A DNA stretch of 64,000 nucleotides, from assembly GCA_002269645.1 (NCBI GenBank), contig NIVC01001272.1, forward strand, positions 260,065-324,064. Direction: 5' to 3'. The translations under genes were made by a program, and so were the position numbers. The DNA comes from Macrostomum lignano. Lineage: Eukaryota. Below the pieces are notes generated by a model. It had not been told where the DNA came from. It ran no database searches and was given only the letters and a program-made list of their open reading frames with translations. Positions 52,111-64,000 of the stretch are shown in pieces. The number at the start of each line of letters is the position of its first letter. Position 1 is the first letter of the stretch.

Positions 52111-55100
52111 TCAGACTTGGCTTGCCGGATGAGCGTTTGGCGACGCGCTTGGTGCCACATTAGGTGCCGCATTAGGCGCTAAATTAGACCCAGCATTAGG
52201 CGCAGTTCCTGCCGTTCGACTGCAACTTGCAGCCGAAGCCCGTCGACTCGATGCAGCGGCTGAGGCCCGTCGACTTTCTGGCGGCTGAGGCAGCCGCGGG
52301 GGCGCCGGAACCTCCGTGCTGGGCAGGCGGGTTGGATCGGCGGCTCTGCCGGTGTTGTTGATGTTGCTGTTCCTCCTGTTGCTGCTCTCGGGCGCATCAG
52401 GCCTTGACGCTGCGGGGTTCTCACTGGCTGGTGCGGGTGCTGGTGCTGGTGCTGTGGTTGCAGGTGCTGTCAAGCCTTTCTCAGCGTCTCTCTGCTGCTG
52501 CTGCTGCTGCGGCTTATCGTCACTGTCAAACATCAGACTTCGCCGCTGGCTGTTAGTGGACGGCTGCTGCGGCCGGATCCTGCTGCCGTAGTTGTTGCGG
52601 CGCATTCTGTACAGTCGAATAATGAGTAGAGTGCTCAGGATGAGCAGCAGGAGGCAGGCCACGCCCAGGATGCAGTAGATGGCGATTGGCACAGACTGTT
52701 CATCGGTTTTGTCCAACTTAGGCTGACGATGGACGGCGATAGGCGCGGTGGACACGAAGGAGCCGTCTCGGTCGAGCTGCAGGCCGTGGAAAGGACTGCT
52801 AGAGGTGAACAGAGCCTCAGTGTTAAGCTCGATATGCTTGGCAGCAGAGCCGGTGTCGAGCAGCCTAGGGTAGACCTGGTAGCTGACAGAGACCAGGATG
52901 GACCCGGGGCTGTACCGAACTGCAGTGACCTGGCCGGAGAACAGGTTGGCAACTCCGCGAAGGTAGACAGCCAGGGATCGCTTGATAGCCTCGGTGGTGT
53001 CCAGGTACAGCAGCGAGCTAGAGTTGCGCAGATCGTCTGGAAATCCGGCGGAATCGAAGCGCAGCAGCTGGTAGATCGGCACCGGCTGGATCGGGGTCAC
53101 CTCGCCCAAGGCCAAGGACCTGCCAGCGATGTCGGCGTAGGCATTCAACGAGCTGGCCAGCTGGTTGATAGCGTCAGTGGCTTCGTCAGGATTGAATGGC
53201 TGGCTGGAGTTGTGCAGGGTGAAGTAGGCGGCTGCGGCAGTTGCTGGGATGCGGCGAGCTGACAGCGGATGCGGCCGGAGGAGGCCGCGCTGGGTGACCC
53301 GGGCGGCGCACAGGTCGTCAACAAACCGGAGGCGACCGCTGCCGCGCTGGCGGAAGGCTGAGGCGATTAGCAGGCAGATAAAGTCGCTGGTGAGGCTGCT
53401 GTCGTTGCGGCTGTCTGGCTGAGCGGGGCCGCTGTCCACCAGGTGCACGGACTGCTGCACGGCCACGCCGGAGTGCATGAGCTGCAGGTGGTGCCGGTCA
53501 TAGTGCTGCGGCTGGTGGTCGAAGTCCTGCATGGAGGAAAGCGGGAGGAATCTGCTGGTAAAGATCATTTGTAGTGATCTTTGTGATAGCCCCCTGTGAG
53601 CCATGGCATCTCAGCAACCCCCCACTGAGCCATCGCATCTCAGCAACTCCCCCACTGAGCTATAGCATCTCAGCAACTCCCCATTGAGCCAATTGGCATC
53701 TCAGCAACTCCCCATTGAGCCAATTGGCATCTCAGCAACTCCCCATCCATTGAGCCATAGCATCTCAGCAAGCCTCGAGTCAGCCAGACAAACAAAGCAA
53801 CAAACAAATAAACAAACCTGCAAAGGCAGAGTGAGGTTGGAGCCGGTCAGACCCGTCAGGTTGGCAAGCTGAGCTCGCAGCTGCCGTGGCGTGGAGTCCG
53901 GATTGCGCGGGCCAGTGGAGGCGAGCGTGGCCAACACGCTGACAAGCTGGTGGTGCCGGCCGGGACCGCCAGATCCCAGACGCTTCCAGCGCATCAGGCG
54001 GAGCTGCACCACTCTGATGCTGTTGGACGAAGCCGACGACCGGCTTAGAAGCCCTTCGAGATGGCGTCGAGCCCCGGCTGCCAAAGCGTAGCCGTGCAGC
54101 GACGGGCCCTCCTCGGCGTAGTCGAAGGTGGCCTGGACGTCGAACCAGTCAGCAACGCCCGCGGGCAGTCCGGTGCGCCTGGTCAGCAGCCGCAGGTCGA
54201 TGCCTCTGCTGGACAGCTGGGCTGGCAGCACGTGCTCGTTGGTGGCCAGACGCAGCAGCTGCTTGGTCACGTGATCCCGGATGTCAGCCTCGGAAACGTC
54301 TGCTCTAGCCAGCAGGCGGACCAACAAGAAGGCGATCACGGTGGAGTTGCGACCGTAGCACTCAAAATCGAAGCCGGCTAAGGTGAGGCTGCTGACATTG
54401 CCGAGGCTGGTGCCGTTGCCGGGGTACAGCTGGGCGAGGATGAAATGCAGCCGGTGCCGCATCAGCTGGTTGAGATCGTCGTGGCTGAGTTTGCGCATCG
54501 TGTCTGAGCCGACAAAGCCGTCAAACTGCAGTCGCTGGTAGATCAACAAGCCGACTGTCTCGTTGGCGGCATCGGCGGTTGCCACCGGGCGCAGCTCCTG
54601 GTGCCGAGCTAGACAGAGCGAGCAGCTGGCCAGCTCATTATTAACAGCCACCCAGGCTGCAGAGAAGCCGTCCATGACTTGGCGCTGACTGAGGCCGGCA
54701 GGTTTCGGATAGCGGATGCACAGAGTCACGGAGATATTGTCAGATCGCAGCCAGGCCAGTTTAGGCCAGTCTGAGCTGGTCTGATTGGTCCAGCGCTGCA
54801 TAGCGGTGTTGAGCAGCCGCTGGGTGAGGAAGGACAGCAGAGGGTCTGGGCGCAGTGGAATGTCTCTGTAGCGATAGAAAACTGGCAGAGATGGGCTGGC
54901 AAACAGCTGCAGTCGGTGCTCAACAAACTCGGACGACGCTGCAGAACTTGTTGAACGCCTTCGACGACTCTTGCTAGCTGGCGGTTGCGCTGGAGTATCA
55001 GACTCTGTAGAGTTCTGCGGCGGAGTAGGCAGGGGTTCGAACTCTGGCCACACAGTGACAATGGGACGATCAGTGAACAGTGCAGCAGCCAGAGGCCAGT

Positions 55101-58100
55101 TGGAGACGGCTTGAGCAACAGACAGTCTTAGGTGGTCGGGCGAATCTACAGCCGATGGCGGTTGAAATTTGGCCAGAGCCTGGCCGAGTCCCAGTTCGGC
55201 TGTAGTTGCATTGTCCGACAGGTCCCGGCTGATGTTGGTGACAATAAGGTGTTGAGCAAGTTTTGAAACGCTAGCGTTAGCCAAAAGGGCGTCGTTGAGC
55301 AGAGAACGGGCCAGCAATAGCGCCATGGGCGAGTCCGGTTCAGCCAGGTAGTCCCAGGTAGCATTGGACAGAGGGAACTGCAGCTTCAAGTTGTAGTAGA
55401 GTACAGTTCTCGGCCTAGTAGTTGTTGCAATGGTTGATACGGATGCTGGGCTAGTTGTGGTAGCGACCGTGATGGCGGTGGTGGCGGTGGTGTCGGTGCT
55501 GTCAGTGGTGGTTGCAGCGGCTGCAGAGGTGCCGGTTGTGGTGGAGTTCGTCACCAGCTGCGCAGGTTTGGTGACGCTATCAGGCTGCACGGAGATGTAC
55601 ACGCTGACATCCTGTACGTGAACTCCTTCGGACAGCACCAGCTCCCCGGAATTGAAGTAGAAGTTCTTAATAGCCAGTGCACTCTGGAATGCTCTAGTAG
55701 CTGTCGAAGCGACTTCAACTGACTTGGTCTGCGACACCACCGTGGCGGAGATGTTCATGCGCAGGCCTGGGATCGACAGCTGCGGCTGCTGCTGGCTGAC
55801 GGCGACTCGAATGTTGGCGGCGGTCACCGCGGCGGAGCAGCTGTGCGGCACCACGTAGAGAGCGAACCAGTGGGCGGACTCGAGAGAGCTCTGGTACAGG
55901 TGGCAGGCGTACTTGGCCAGCTTGTCGGAGTCTGCAAGAGCAGCGGAGTTGCCGCTGATGAAGGTCACGGCCTGGTTCACGCGTCGGTAGCGAGTTGAAG
56001 AGCCGGGGCCGAGGCTGGCGGCAGAGCTGGAGCCGTGGAACGGTGCCGCAACTGCACGGGTGGTCAGGCGACTTGGCGACTCCACAGCCGCGGCCGCCTT
56101 CATTAAGATGCTGGTGGCTTGGTCAAATGGCAGCGAGCGGGATGAGCTCATGGTGACCAGGGCTTGAACTTCTAGCAGGTGTGTGGAGCTGGAACCGGTT
56201 GCCGGGCCCCACTGCAGCACTGCCAGCCGTTCCAGGTGAGTAGGCTGCTGCAGTTTCGGCGCCAACAGCTGACTCAGATAGGTCGCGAGTTCGAATCCTT
56301 GAGCAGGCAGCCTAGCGGATTCCACGGTGAATGAGTAGACTAAGTCGCACCAGAACGGCTGGCTGAGGCCTTCCTTTAGGTCGACAACTCGAACGTCGGT
56401 TTTGCCGACGCTGAACACGCTGGGCACCAGGTTGATGTCGTTCGCCAGCTGCTCGAGCCGCTGCATGACGTGCAGCTGCAGGCGCTGCTCAAGTTTGGCC
56501 AGCCGGAAGCCGGACGGAATGGCCACCCGAGTCAGGGCGACAATCTCCAGAGCGCCGTCCTTCTTCGCGTAGGTGGCGTCAACGTCGAGGAACTGCGGCA
56601 CGGAGGCGCTGCCACCGGGGAACACCTGTTGCATGACGTATCGAATCTTGGGCCGCAACAGCAATGCCAGGTAGTCTGACGGCAGCGACATGAGCGACTT
56701 CTTGTTGATGTAGCTCTCCAGACGGAGGCGCTGGTAGAGCAGCAGGCCGCGATGAGGCGGTGGCGGGCCAGACCGGAAGTCCAGGTACAGGATGCTGCGC
56801 AGAGTGCTGGCTGACGGTTGCCGACGCTGCCAGGCCGAGGCAAAGTCGGAGCTGAACAGCTTCAGTCTGCTCGCATTCACCTGGCTGATGTCATATCTCA
56901 GCTGGAGCAGAGCCAGCTCCTTGTCGGCTTTGTAACGAATGAGTCGCGGCCGCCCAATCAACTGCTGGCTGCCGCAGGCGTCGGCGACCAGCTGCTGGAA
57001 CAGGAAGTCCAACAGCAGGTCCTCCCTCGCGCTAGAGTCCATGCCGCCTACAGTTCTCAGTCGCAGGTAGTCTGGCGCGGTGTCCGCGAGTCTAATCAGC
57101 ATGGTCTGGTCGATGGACAGGCGAGCTGAAGCAGGCGGCGGCTGAGGTGTTGCTACGGCAGGCTGAGGCCGGTACAGGTAGCGTCTGGTAGGTAAATTGA
57201 CAATCAGCACTGAGTAGGCTCGCTTTGAGAACACTGTGCTCAGCAGCATAGACTGATCCACGCCAGTGCGCAGGACCGACTCTAAATCGGCAATGTTTCT
57301 ACTGGCAGGCAGAAGCAAGTCAACGCTGATGTAGATGGTCATGCTGTTGGAGTCCACAGAGATTCTAACTGCGCCAATCTCATCGGAAGCAATCTGCCAA
57401 GCGGAACGTTGCAGACTCTGTTGAAGAGCTGACTTGAGCAGATAGTCGCTAAGGGCTTTGGCTTCTTCAGCAGAAGTTTGATTGGCGCTTTGAGGTGCCG
57501 CCGCTGCCAAGAAGTAGCGAGCTAGCCAGGGATCAGCTGGCATGCTCAAGTTGATGCTTAGAGTTGCCATGCGATCGATAGGAATGTAGTCAGGTCCCAT
57601 CGGGTGCGGAGATGTCGGAGCTGGAGTTGTGGTAGCTGCAGCTGTAGCACCTTTAAGAGTCTGCTGGGTTGTTGGCAGAGGACCTCCGGGAGCTGGTGTA
57701 GCTTTTGCCTCATCAGTAGCAGCAGCAGTAGTAGTTGTTGCAGTAGTCGCTTCTGATGTTGCCACTGAAGTCTGGACAACGGTAGCCGCAGTTGTAGTTT
57801 CCATAGCAACTGTGCTGACATTGACAACCCGATGCTCTGGAGCCGGAGGCAGCTGCCTGATGATGAGGCTAGCATAGGAGTCCTCGCTGGAGTTGGGCCG
57901 CTGCTGATCCAGCTGCTGCAGGCGCATCCGGTCCAGATCGATGAAGGACTCATTGGATGACAGGTAGAAGTTCTTGAAGGCCCAGAAGCGCTGCATGACG
58001 GTGTCTGGCGGCATGCTGGTGAAGGCTGACACGGTTGACAGTTGCAGAGCAGCCGAGGTGGCATTGGACAGCGGATTGAGTCGAATTCGATGCTGCTCAA

Positions 58101-60946
58101 CCAGATTAGAGACGCAGACTCCGCCTTCGCTATTGGTATTGAACAGAGCGTGAGCCCAGGTGATGAGGAAGCAGAAATACTCGCCGGATGAGTCGCTGCT
58201 CTGCCGGCTGAACGGCTGCAGAGCGGAGTGGCGCACCAGGACAGTCAGGTTCGCTGTGGACGGACCGTCACTTGTCGAGAGGACATTGTCAGACAGAGAC
58301 CTGGCCGCGATCAGTCGCTTGTCGCTGGTAGCCGTGGCCGACCAGTTCAACAGTTGGACAGCCACCTGGGAGCAGCTGACGGCGGCGCCAGCCTGCGGCA
58401 CCACTGCCAAGGCCTCGATGGTGCCAGACGGATCCGTGGGCAGCGACAGAACGGTCACGTGACTGGCGTTGGCACCGAGCCAAGCCGACAGGCGATTGGC
58501 TACCGGCAGCCAGGAGGCGTCGGCGGCAGCTACGGCAATGTCGGCGGGCGAAGGACGGAACCGGAGCAGCAGGTCGCACCAGCGCGGAGCTGTCAGGCCA
58601 GTTCGAGTGTCCAGCAGGCGCAATGTGGAGCTCTGATTGTCAAACACCAGTGGAAACACGTTAACATTGGCTTGAAGAGCCTCAAGCTCAGAGTTGATCA
58701 GCTTGCTCAGCGAGGTCTCATCGAAATTAGCTCCAGTTGCTGAGACTGCAGTTCTATTTGCCGGCCAGGCGATACGGCTGAGGCCATCAATTCGAATGCT
58801 GGCATCGAGCTGACGGCGGGCTCTGTACTCGAAGCTGACCAGCTGGGGCCGGCCCTGCTGGCCGGAGAAAATGACCGACTGGACGAAGCGCAGCTTGCCG
58901 GAGAGCAGGCGGTGAAGGTCGCTCTCGGGCATGGCCTGGGAGAGGGGGGTGTTAGGGATGGACTGGGTTGAACTGCAGGCGAAATTCTGAACTACAAAGT
59001 CGCAAAGCTCTAATAATGTGCTTTCCGGTGCATGACCACTTCTCGGGTGTATGACCCCCTCCATGACTCCATGAACCACCTGATAGACATTATGACCCAT
59101 CTGATACACTATGACCCACCTGATAGACAATATGACCCATCTGATGGACACTATGACCCATATGATAGATACTATGACCCACTTGATATACACTCAATGA
59201 CCCACCTGATATATACTCAATGACCCACCTGATAGACACTCAATGACCCACCCGATAGACACACTGATCCACCCGATAGACACTATGACCCACCTGATAT
59301 ACACTCAATGACCCACCTGATATACACTCAATGACCCACCTGATATACACTCAATGACCCACCTGATATACACTCAATGACCCACCTGATATACACTCAA
59401 TGACCCACCTGATATATACTCAATGACCCACCTGATATACACTCAATGACCCACCCGATAGACACACTGATCCACCCGATAGACACTATGACCCACCTGA
59501 TATACACTCAATGACCCACCTGATAGACACTCAATGACCCACCCGATAGATACACTGATCCACCCGATAGATACACTGACCCACCTGATATACACTCAAT
59601 GACCCACCTGATAGACACTCAATGACCCACCCGATAGATACACTGATCCACCCGATAGATACACTGACCCACCTGATATACACTCAATGACCCACCTGAT
59701 ATACACTCAATGACCCACCTGATATACACTCAATGACCCACCTGATAGACACTCAATGACCCACCCGATAGATACACTGATCCACCCGATAGATACACTG
59801 ACCCACCTGATATACACTCAATGACCCACCTGATAGACACTCAATGACCCACCCGATAGACACTCTGACCCACCTGATAGATACACTCAATGACCCACCC
59901 GATAGACACTCTGACCCACCTGATAGACACTATGAAACACCCGATAGACTATGACTCACTCATTCGACAGACACTATGACTCACTCATTCGACAGACACT
60001 ATGATTCACTCATTCGACAGACACTATGACTCACTCATTCGACAGACACTATGACCCACCCGATAGACTGACCCACGCGATACTCTATGACCACCAGATA
60101 GACGCTCAATAAACCCCGATAGATTATGACCTAATAGATAGACTATGACTTCCATGGACTCGAATGACCCACCCGATAGACGCTATGACCCACTAGGTAG
60201 ACTATATGACCCACTCAATGAACTTCATGATAAATGAAAATCAAATAACTATGAAAAATAGGCCTCACCTGCAGAGTGGCATTGCTAACAAAATTCCGCA
60301 ACAAGTAGGTCTGCAGCATGAGTGCGCTGTTGAACAGTCCAGAAGCGGTTGGCTGGCCCGACAATCGAAGATCCGACAGTCTCACAAAGCTAAATAGCGG
60401 CATTTTATCGGCAGTAGCCGATGCCTCATCAGACAGTCTGGCCAGAGGCGACTTGGCATCCAGAGCTACCAGAGCGTCTAGCCGAGCCAGTTTAGAATCG
60501 GATTTGTATCTGACAGCCACTGGCCAAGACACGAGCCGCCCTCCAAGCAGATCTACTAGCATCTGTTCGAGCAGGAATTGCAGCCGGTTGGCGCCGCTAG
60601 ATTGCGGATTAGTTGGCCAGCTGCGATAGGCCAACGGCGCGGATGCATTGACGGAGACCAAGCGCCACAGGATGGTCAGGCGGACCGGTGCGATGCTGGT
60701 TGACCCCATCACTGGCGGTGGTCGGTTGAAATAACTCGACGTTGCGTAGCGATAGATTATTGAAGAGGCCGGGATCTGTTGAGGCGGCAGAGTGGGCACA
60801 ATGTCGGCGCGTAGGTCCACCGGTTGAAGCAGGGAGTCGCCGGATAGAGAGGCTGTTAGAGCTGTCAGGGTGATGTCGTGCATACCGGGTGATGTAGCAT
60901 TGCTGCTGCTGCTGCTGTGGTTGCTGCACAATATCATGGCCGTGAT
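52111..60946 (-). CDS. Large single-pass SEA-module/mucin-like membrane protein; exons 60946-60269, 58935-53818, 53526-52111 (2,403 aa in these exons) plus upstream exon(s)
   Basis: Three exons join in phase 0 at GT-AG sites. Membrane-proximal SEA-like module FPDDLRNSSS...VRYSPGSILVSV, TM IAIYCILGVACLLLLILSTLLII, basic stop-transfer RMRR, Thr/Ala/Pro-rich stalks, many N-x-S/T sites and a low-complexity cytoplasmic tail. Confidence 0.8.
53597..53775. repeat. 31-32-bp minisatellite (GAGCCAATTGGCATCTCAGCAACTCCCCATT family) in the last intron of the SEA-like gene
   Basis: Same unit as the 1132-1315 array. Confidence 0.92.
59060..60200. repeat. 23-bp repeat CAATGACCCACCTGATATACACT, SEA-like gene intron
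   Basis: Read directly. Confidence 0.93.
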
Positions 60947-61044
60947 CTGCGAGCGATAATAAGGTAGTTTTGAAATGGATTATAGTCATTGTGGCTAACA
61001 GTTTTTTAGTGTAAAAATTGGTTTCAAATATTGCAAAAAGCAGC

Positions 61045-63265
61045 GTCAGGGAAAACCTCAGTAAGTGTCAGGGAGATCTCAGTAGGTGTCAGGGAGAACC
61101 TCAGTAAGTGTCAGCGAAAAACCTCAGTAAGTGTCAGGGAGAACCTCAGTAAGTGTCAGGGAGAACCTCAGTAAGTGTCAGGGAGAATCTCAGTAGGTGT
61201 CAGGGAGAACCTCAGTAAGTGTCAGCGAAAAACCTCAGTAAGTGTCAGGGAGAACCTCAGTAAGTGTCAGGGAAAAACCTCAGTAAGTGTCGGGGAAGCA
61301 CCCCAGTAAGTGTCAGGAGAGCACTTCCTTTAGTAGGAGATCGGAGATCGGAGCACCTCGTTTAGTATCAAGAGTGCACCTCATTCAGTGTCAGGAAAGC
61401 ACATCATTTAGTGTCAGGAGAGCACCTTATTTTGTGTCAGGAAAGCACCCAAGTAAGTGTCAGGAGAGCACCTCATTTAGTATCAGGGAGGCAACTCATT
61501 TAGTGTCAGGAGAGCACCTCATTTAGTGTCAGGGAAGCACCCAAGTAAGTGTCAGGAGAGCACCTCATTAAGTGTCAGGAGAGCACCTCATTTAGTGTCA
61601 GGAGAGCACCTCATTTAGTGTCAGGAGAGCACCTCATTTAGTGTCAGGAGAGCACCTCATTAAGTGTCAGGGAAGCACCCAAGTAAGTGTCAGGAGAGCA
61701 CCTCATTAAGTGTCAGGAGAGCACCTCATTTAGTGTCAGGAGAGCACCTCATTTAGTGTCAGGGAAGCACCCAAGTAAGTGTCAGGAGAGCAACTCATTA
61801 AGTGTCAGGAGAGCACCTCATTTAGTGTCAGGAGAGCACCTCATTAAGTGTCAGGGAAGCACCCAAGTAAGTGTCAGGAGAGCACCTCATTAAGTGTCAG
61901 GAGAGCACCTCATTTAGTGTCAGGAGAGCACCTCATTTAGTGTCAGGGAAGCACCCAAGTAAGTGTCAGGAGAGCACCTCATTAAGTGTCAGGAGAGCAC
62001 CTCATTTAGTGTCAGGAGAGAACCTCATTTAGTGTCAGGAGAGCACCTCATTTAGTGTCAGGAGAGCACCTCATTAAGTGTCAGGGAAGCACCCAAGTAA
62101 GTGTCAGGAGAGCACCTCATTAAGTGTCAGGAGAGCACCTCATTTAGTGTCAGGAGAGCACCTCATTTAGTGTCAGGGAAGCACCCAAGTAAGTGTCAGG
62201 AGAGCACTCATTAAGTGTCAGGAGAGCACCTCATTTAGTGTCAGGAGAGCACCTCATTTAGTGTCAGGAGAGCACCTCATTTAGTGTCAGGAGAGCACCT
62301 CATTAAGTGTCAGGGAAGCACCCAAGTAGTGTCAGGAGAGCACCTCATTAAGTGTCAGGAGAGCACCTCATTTAGTGTCAGGAGAGCACCTCATTTAGTG
62401 TCAGGGAAGCACCCAAGTAAGTGTCAGGAGAGCAACTCATTAAGTGTCAGGAGAGCACCTCATTTAGTGTCAGGAGAGCACCTCATTAAGTGTCAGGGAA
62501 GCACCCAAGTAAGTGTCAGGAGAGCACCTCATTAAGTGTCAGGAGAGCACCTCATTTAGTGTCAGGAGAGCACCTCATTTAGTGTCAGGGAAGCACCCAA
62601 GTAAGTGTCAGGAGAGCACCTCATTAAGTGTCAGGAGAGCACCTCATTTAGTGTCAGGAGAGAACCTCATTTAGTGTCAGGAGAGCACCTCATTTAGTGT
62701 CAGGAGAGCACCTCATTAAGTGTCAGGAAGCACCCAAGTAGTGTCAGGAGAGCACCTCATTAAGTGTCAGGAGAGCACCTCATTTGTGTCAGGAGCACCT
62801 CATTTAGTGTCAGGGAAGCACCCAAGTAAGTGTCAGGAGAGCAACTCATTAAGTGTCAGGAGAGCACCTCATTTAGTGTCAGGAGAGCACCTCATTAAGT
62901 GTCAGGGAAGCACCCAAGTAAGTGTCAGGAGAGCACCTCATTAAGTGTCAGGAGAGCACCTCATTTAGTGTCAGGAGAGCACCTCATTTAGTGTCAGGGA
63001 AGCACCCAAGTAAGTGTCAGGAGAGCAACTCATTAAGTGTCAGGAGAGCACCTCATTTAGTGTCAGGAGAGCACCTCATTTAGTGTCAGAGAGCACCTCA
63101 TTTAGTGTCAGGAGAGCACCTCATTAAGTGTCAGGAGAGCACCTCATTTAGTGTCAGGAGAGCACCTCATTTAGTGTCAGGAAAACACAACATTAAGTGT
63201 CAGAAGAGCGCCTCATTAAGTGTCCGCGAAGCACCTCATTAAGTACCAGGTGTCAGGTAAAAATC
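61045..63265. repeat. 23-bp repeat GTGTCAGGAGAGCACCTCATTTA with an interspersed GGGAAGCACCCAAGTAA variant, SEA-like gene intron
   Basis: About 2.2 kb with ordered variant blocks. Confidence 0.95.
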
Positions 63266-63317
63266 TCATTAAGTATCAGGAAAGCAACAACAAAATACAA
63301 TCTGTCAGACAACTCAC

Positions 63318-63985
63318 CCTACACGTGTCGCCAGCCGACAGTCCTTGCAGTCAAATCGACATCTTCAATATCACGCAGACCGCGCGCCGCAGGGCAGCAT
63401 TGAGGCCGCTAGTCAGCAGGTAGTCACCGATGCGGCCGCCGTACAGCAGCTTGGAGCTGACGGTGAACACCAGCCGAAGTGCAATGGTTGGCATCGAGAT
63501 CGGCGGTGCTGCCGTCTGGTTTTTTCGGCGTTGGAGTCGGACTCGGCGTTGTCGCCGGCCCCGGCGTGGCAGTGGCGGCAGCGTTGCAGGAGCGACGCTC
63601 AACATTGGCCGCGGAGTTCAAAGTAGTCAGGGGTCCAAAGTCGCCGCCGCTGATTAAACGGATTGAACGAACAAATCGAGCGTTGAAGTCGGCGGCGTCG
63701 GAGCTCTTGAAAGAGTCGTTAACAGCGTACGACACTTTGACGTCGATGACAGCAACAGCAGCGTTGAAGTTTTGCCAGCGACCTGATGCGACACGCTCAG
63801 CGACAGATTGCTAGTCAAGGATCTGTACTCGGGCTTGTCAATCTGAGATACCGCAGCGATGAGAAAAAATCTAATTAGGCCGGTGGTCAGGTCAGGCCGG
63901 CTTATTGGCACTGTGCTAGAAGAGATTGTCGGTCTAAGCTGAGCTGGAACTGCTGTCTCAGGATGCTTACAGAGCCGGCCAGCTT
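63318..63985 (-). CDS. Probable upstream exon of the SEA-like gene, broken by apparent frameshifts
   Basis: GTGAG donor at 63317. Coding-like segments in successive frames (IDKPEYRSLTSNLS; VIDVKVSYAVNDSF...TPGPATTPSPTPT; IALRLVFTV...GDYLLTSGLNAALR) resemble SEA-like and Thr/Pro modules. The frame cannot be reconstructed uniquely. Confidence 0.5.
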
Positions 63986-64000
63986 AGCTGTTGCACAGAG

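Overview
Eukaryotic, animal genomic DNA. GC-rich exons, introns filled with minisatellites and scattered homopolymer indels suggest a long-read assembly of a free-living flatworm such as Macrostomum; the species is an inference. Manual splicing gives, on +: PHAX (3 exons), PWP2/UTP1 (4 exons, two single-base frameshifts) and an intronless ADF/cofilin. These are followed by a ~9-kb array of 23/24-bp satellite units (12.1-28.5 kb) interrupted by a 5'-truncated APE-RT-RNaseH LINE and an apparently intact hAT transposon (13-bp TIRs, 8-bp TSD, spliced transposase). Next come a divergent LIV-1-type ZIP metal transporter (-) and, head-to-head with it, an RDL-like GABA-gated chloride channel (+, 8 exons found, M4 exon not in the window). 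An uncharacterised 2-exon gene is nested antisense in RDL intron 4. A 43-bp array holds a CMC-like MITE that itself holds a hAT-like MITE. The window ends in a >2,400-aa single-pass SEA-module/mucin-like gene (-) that runs to the edge and may also be nested in the channel gene. Almost every intron carries its own tandem repeat. Most long ORFs in the supplied track over these repeats are artefacts. There are no CRISPR, tRNA or rRNA features that I can support.
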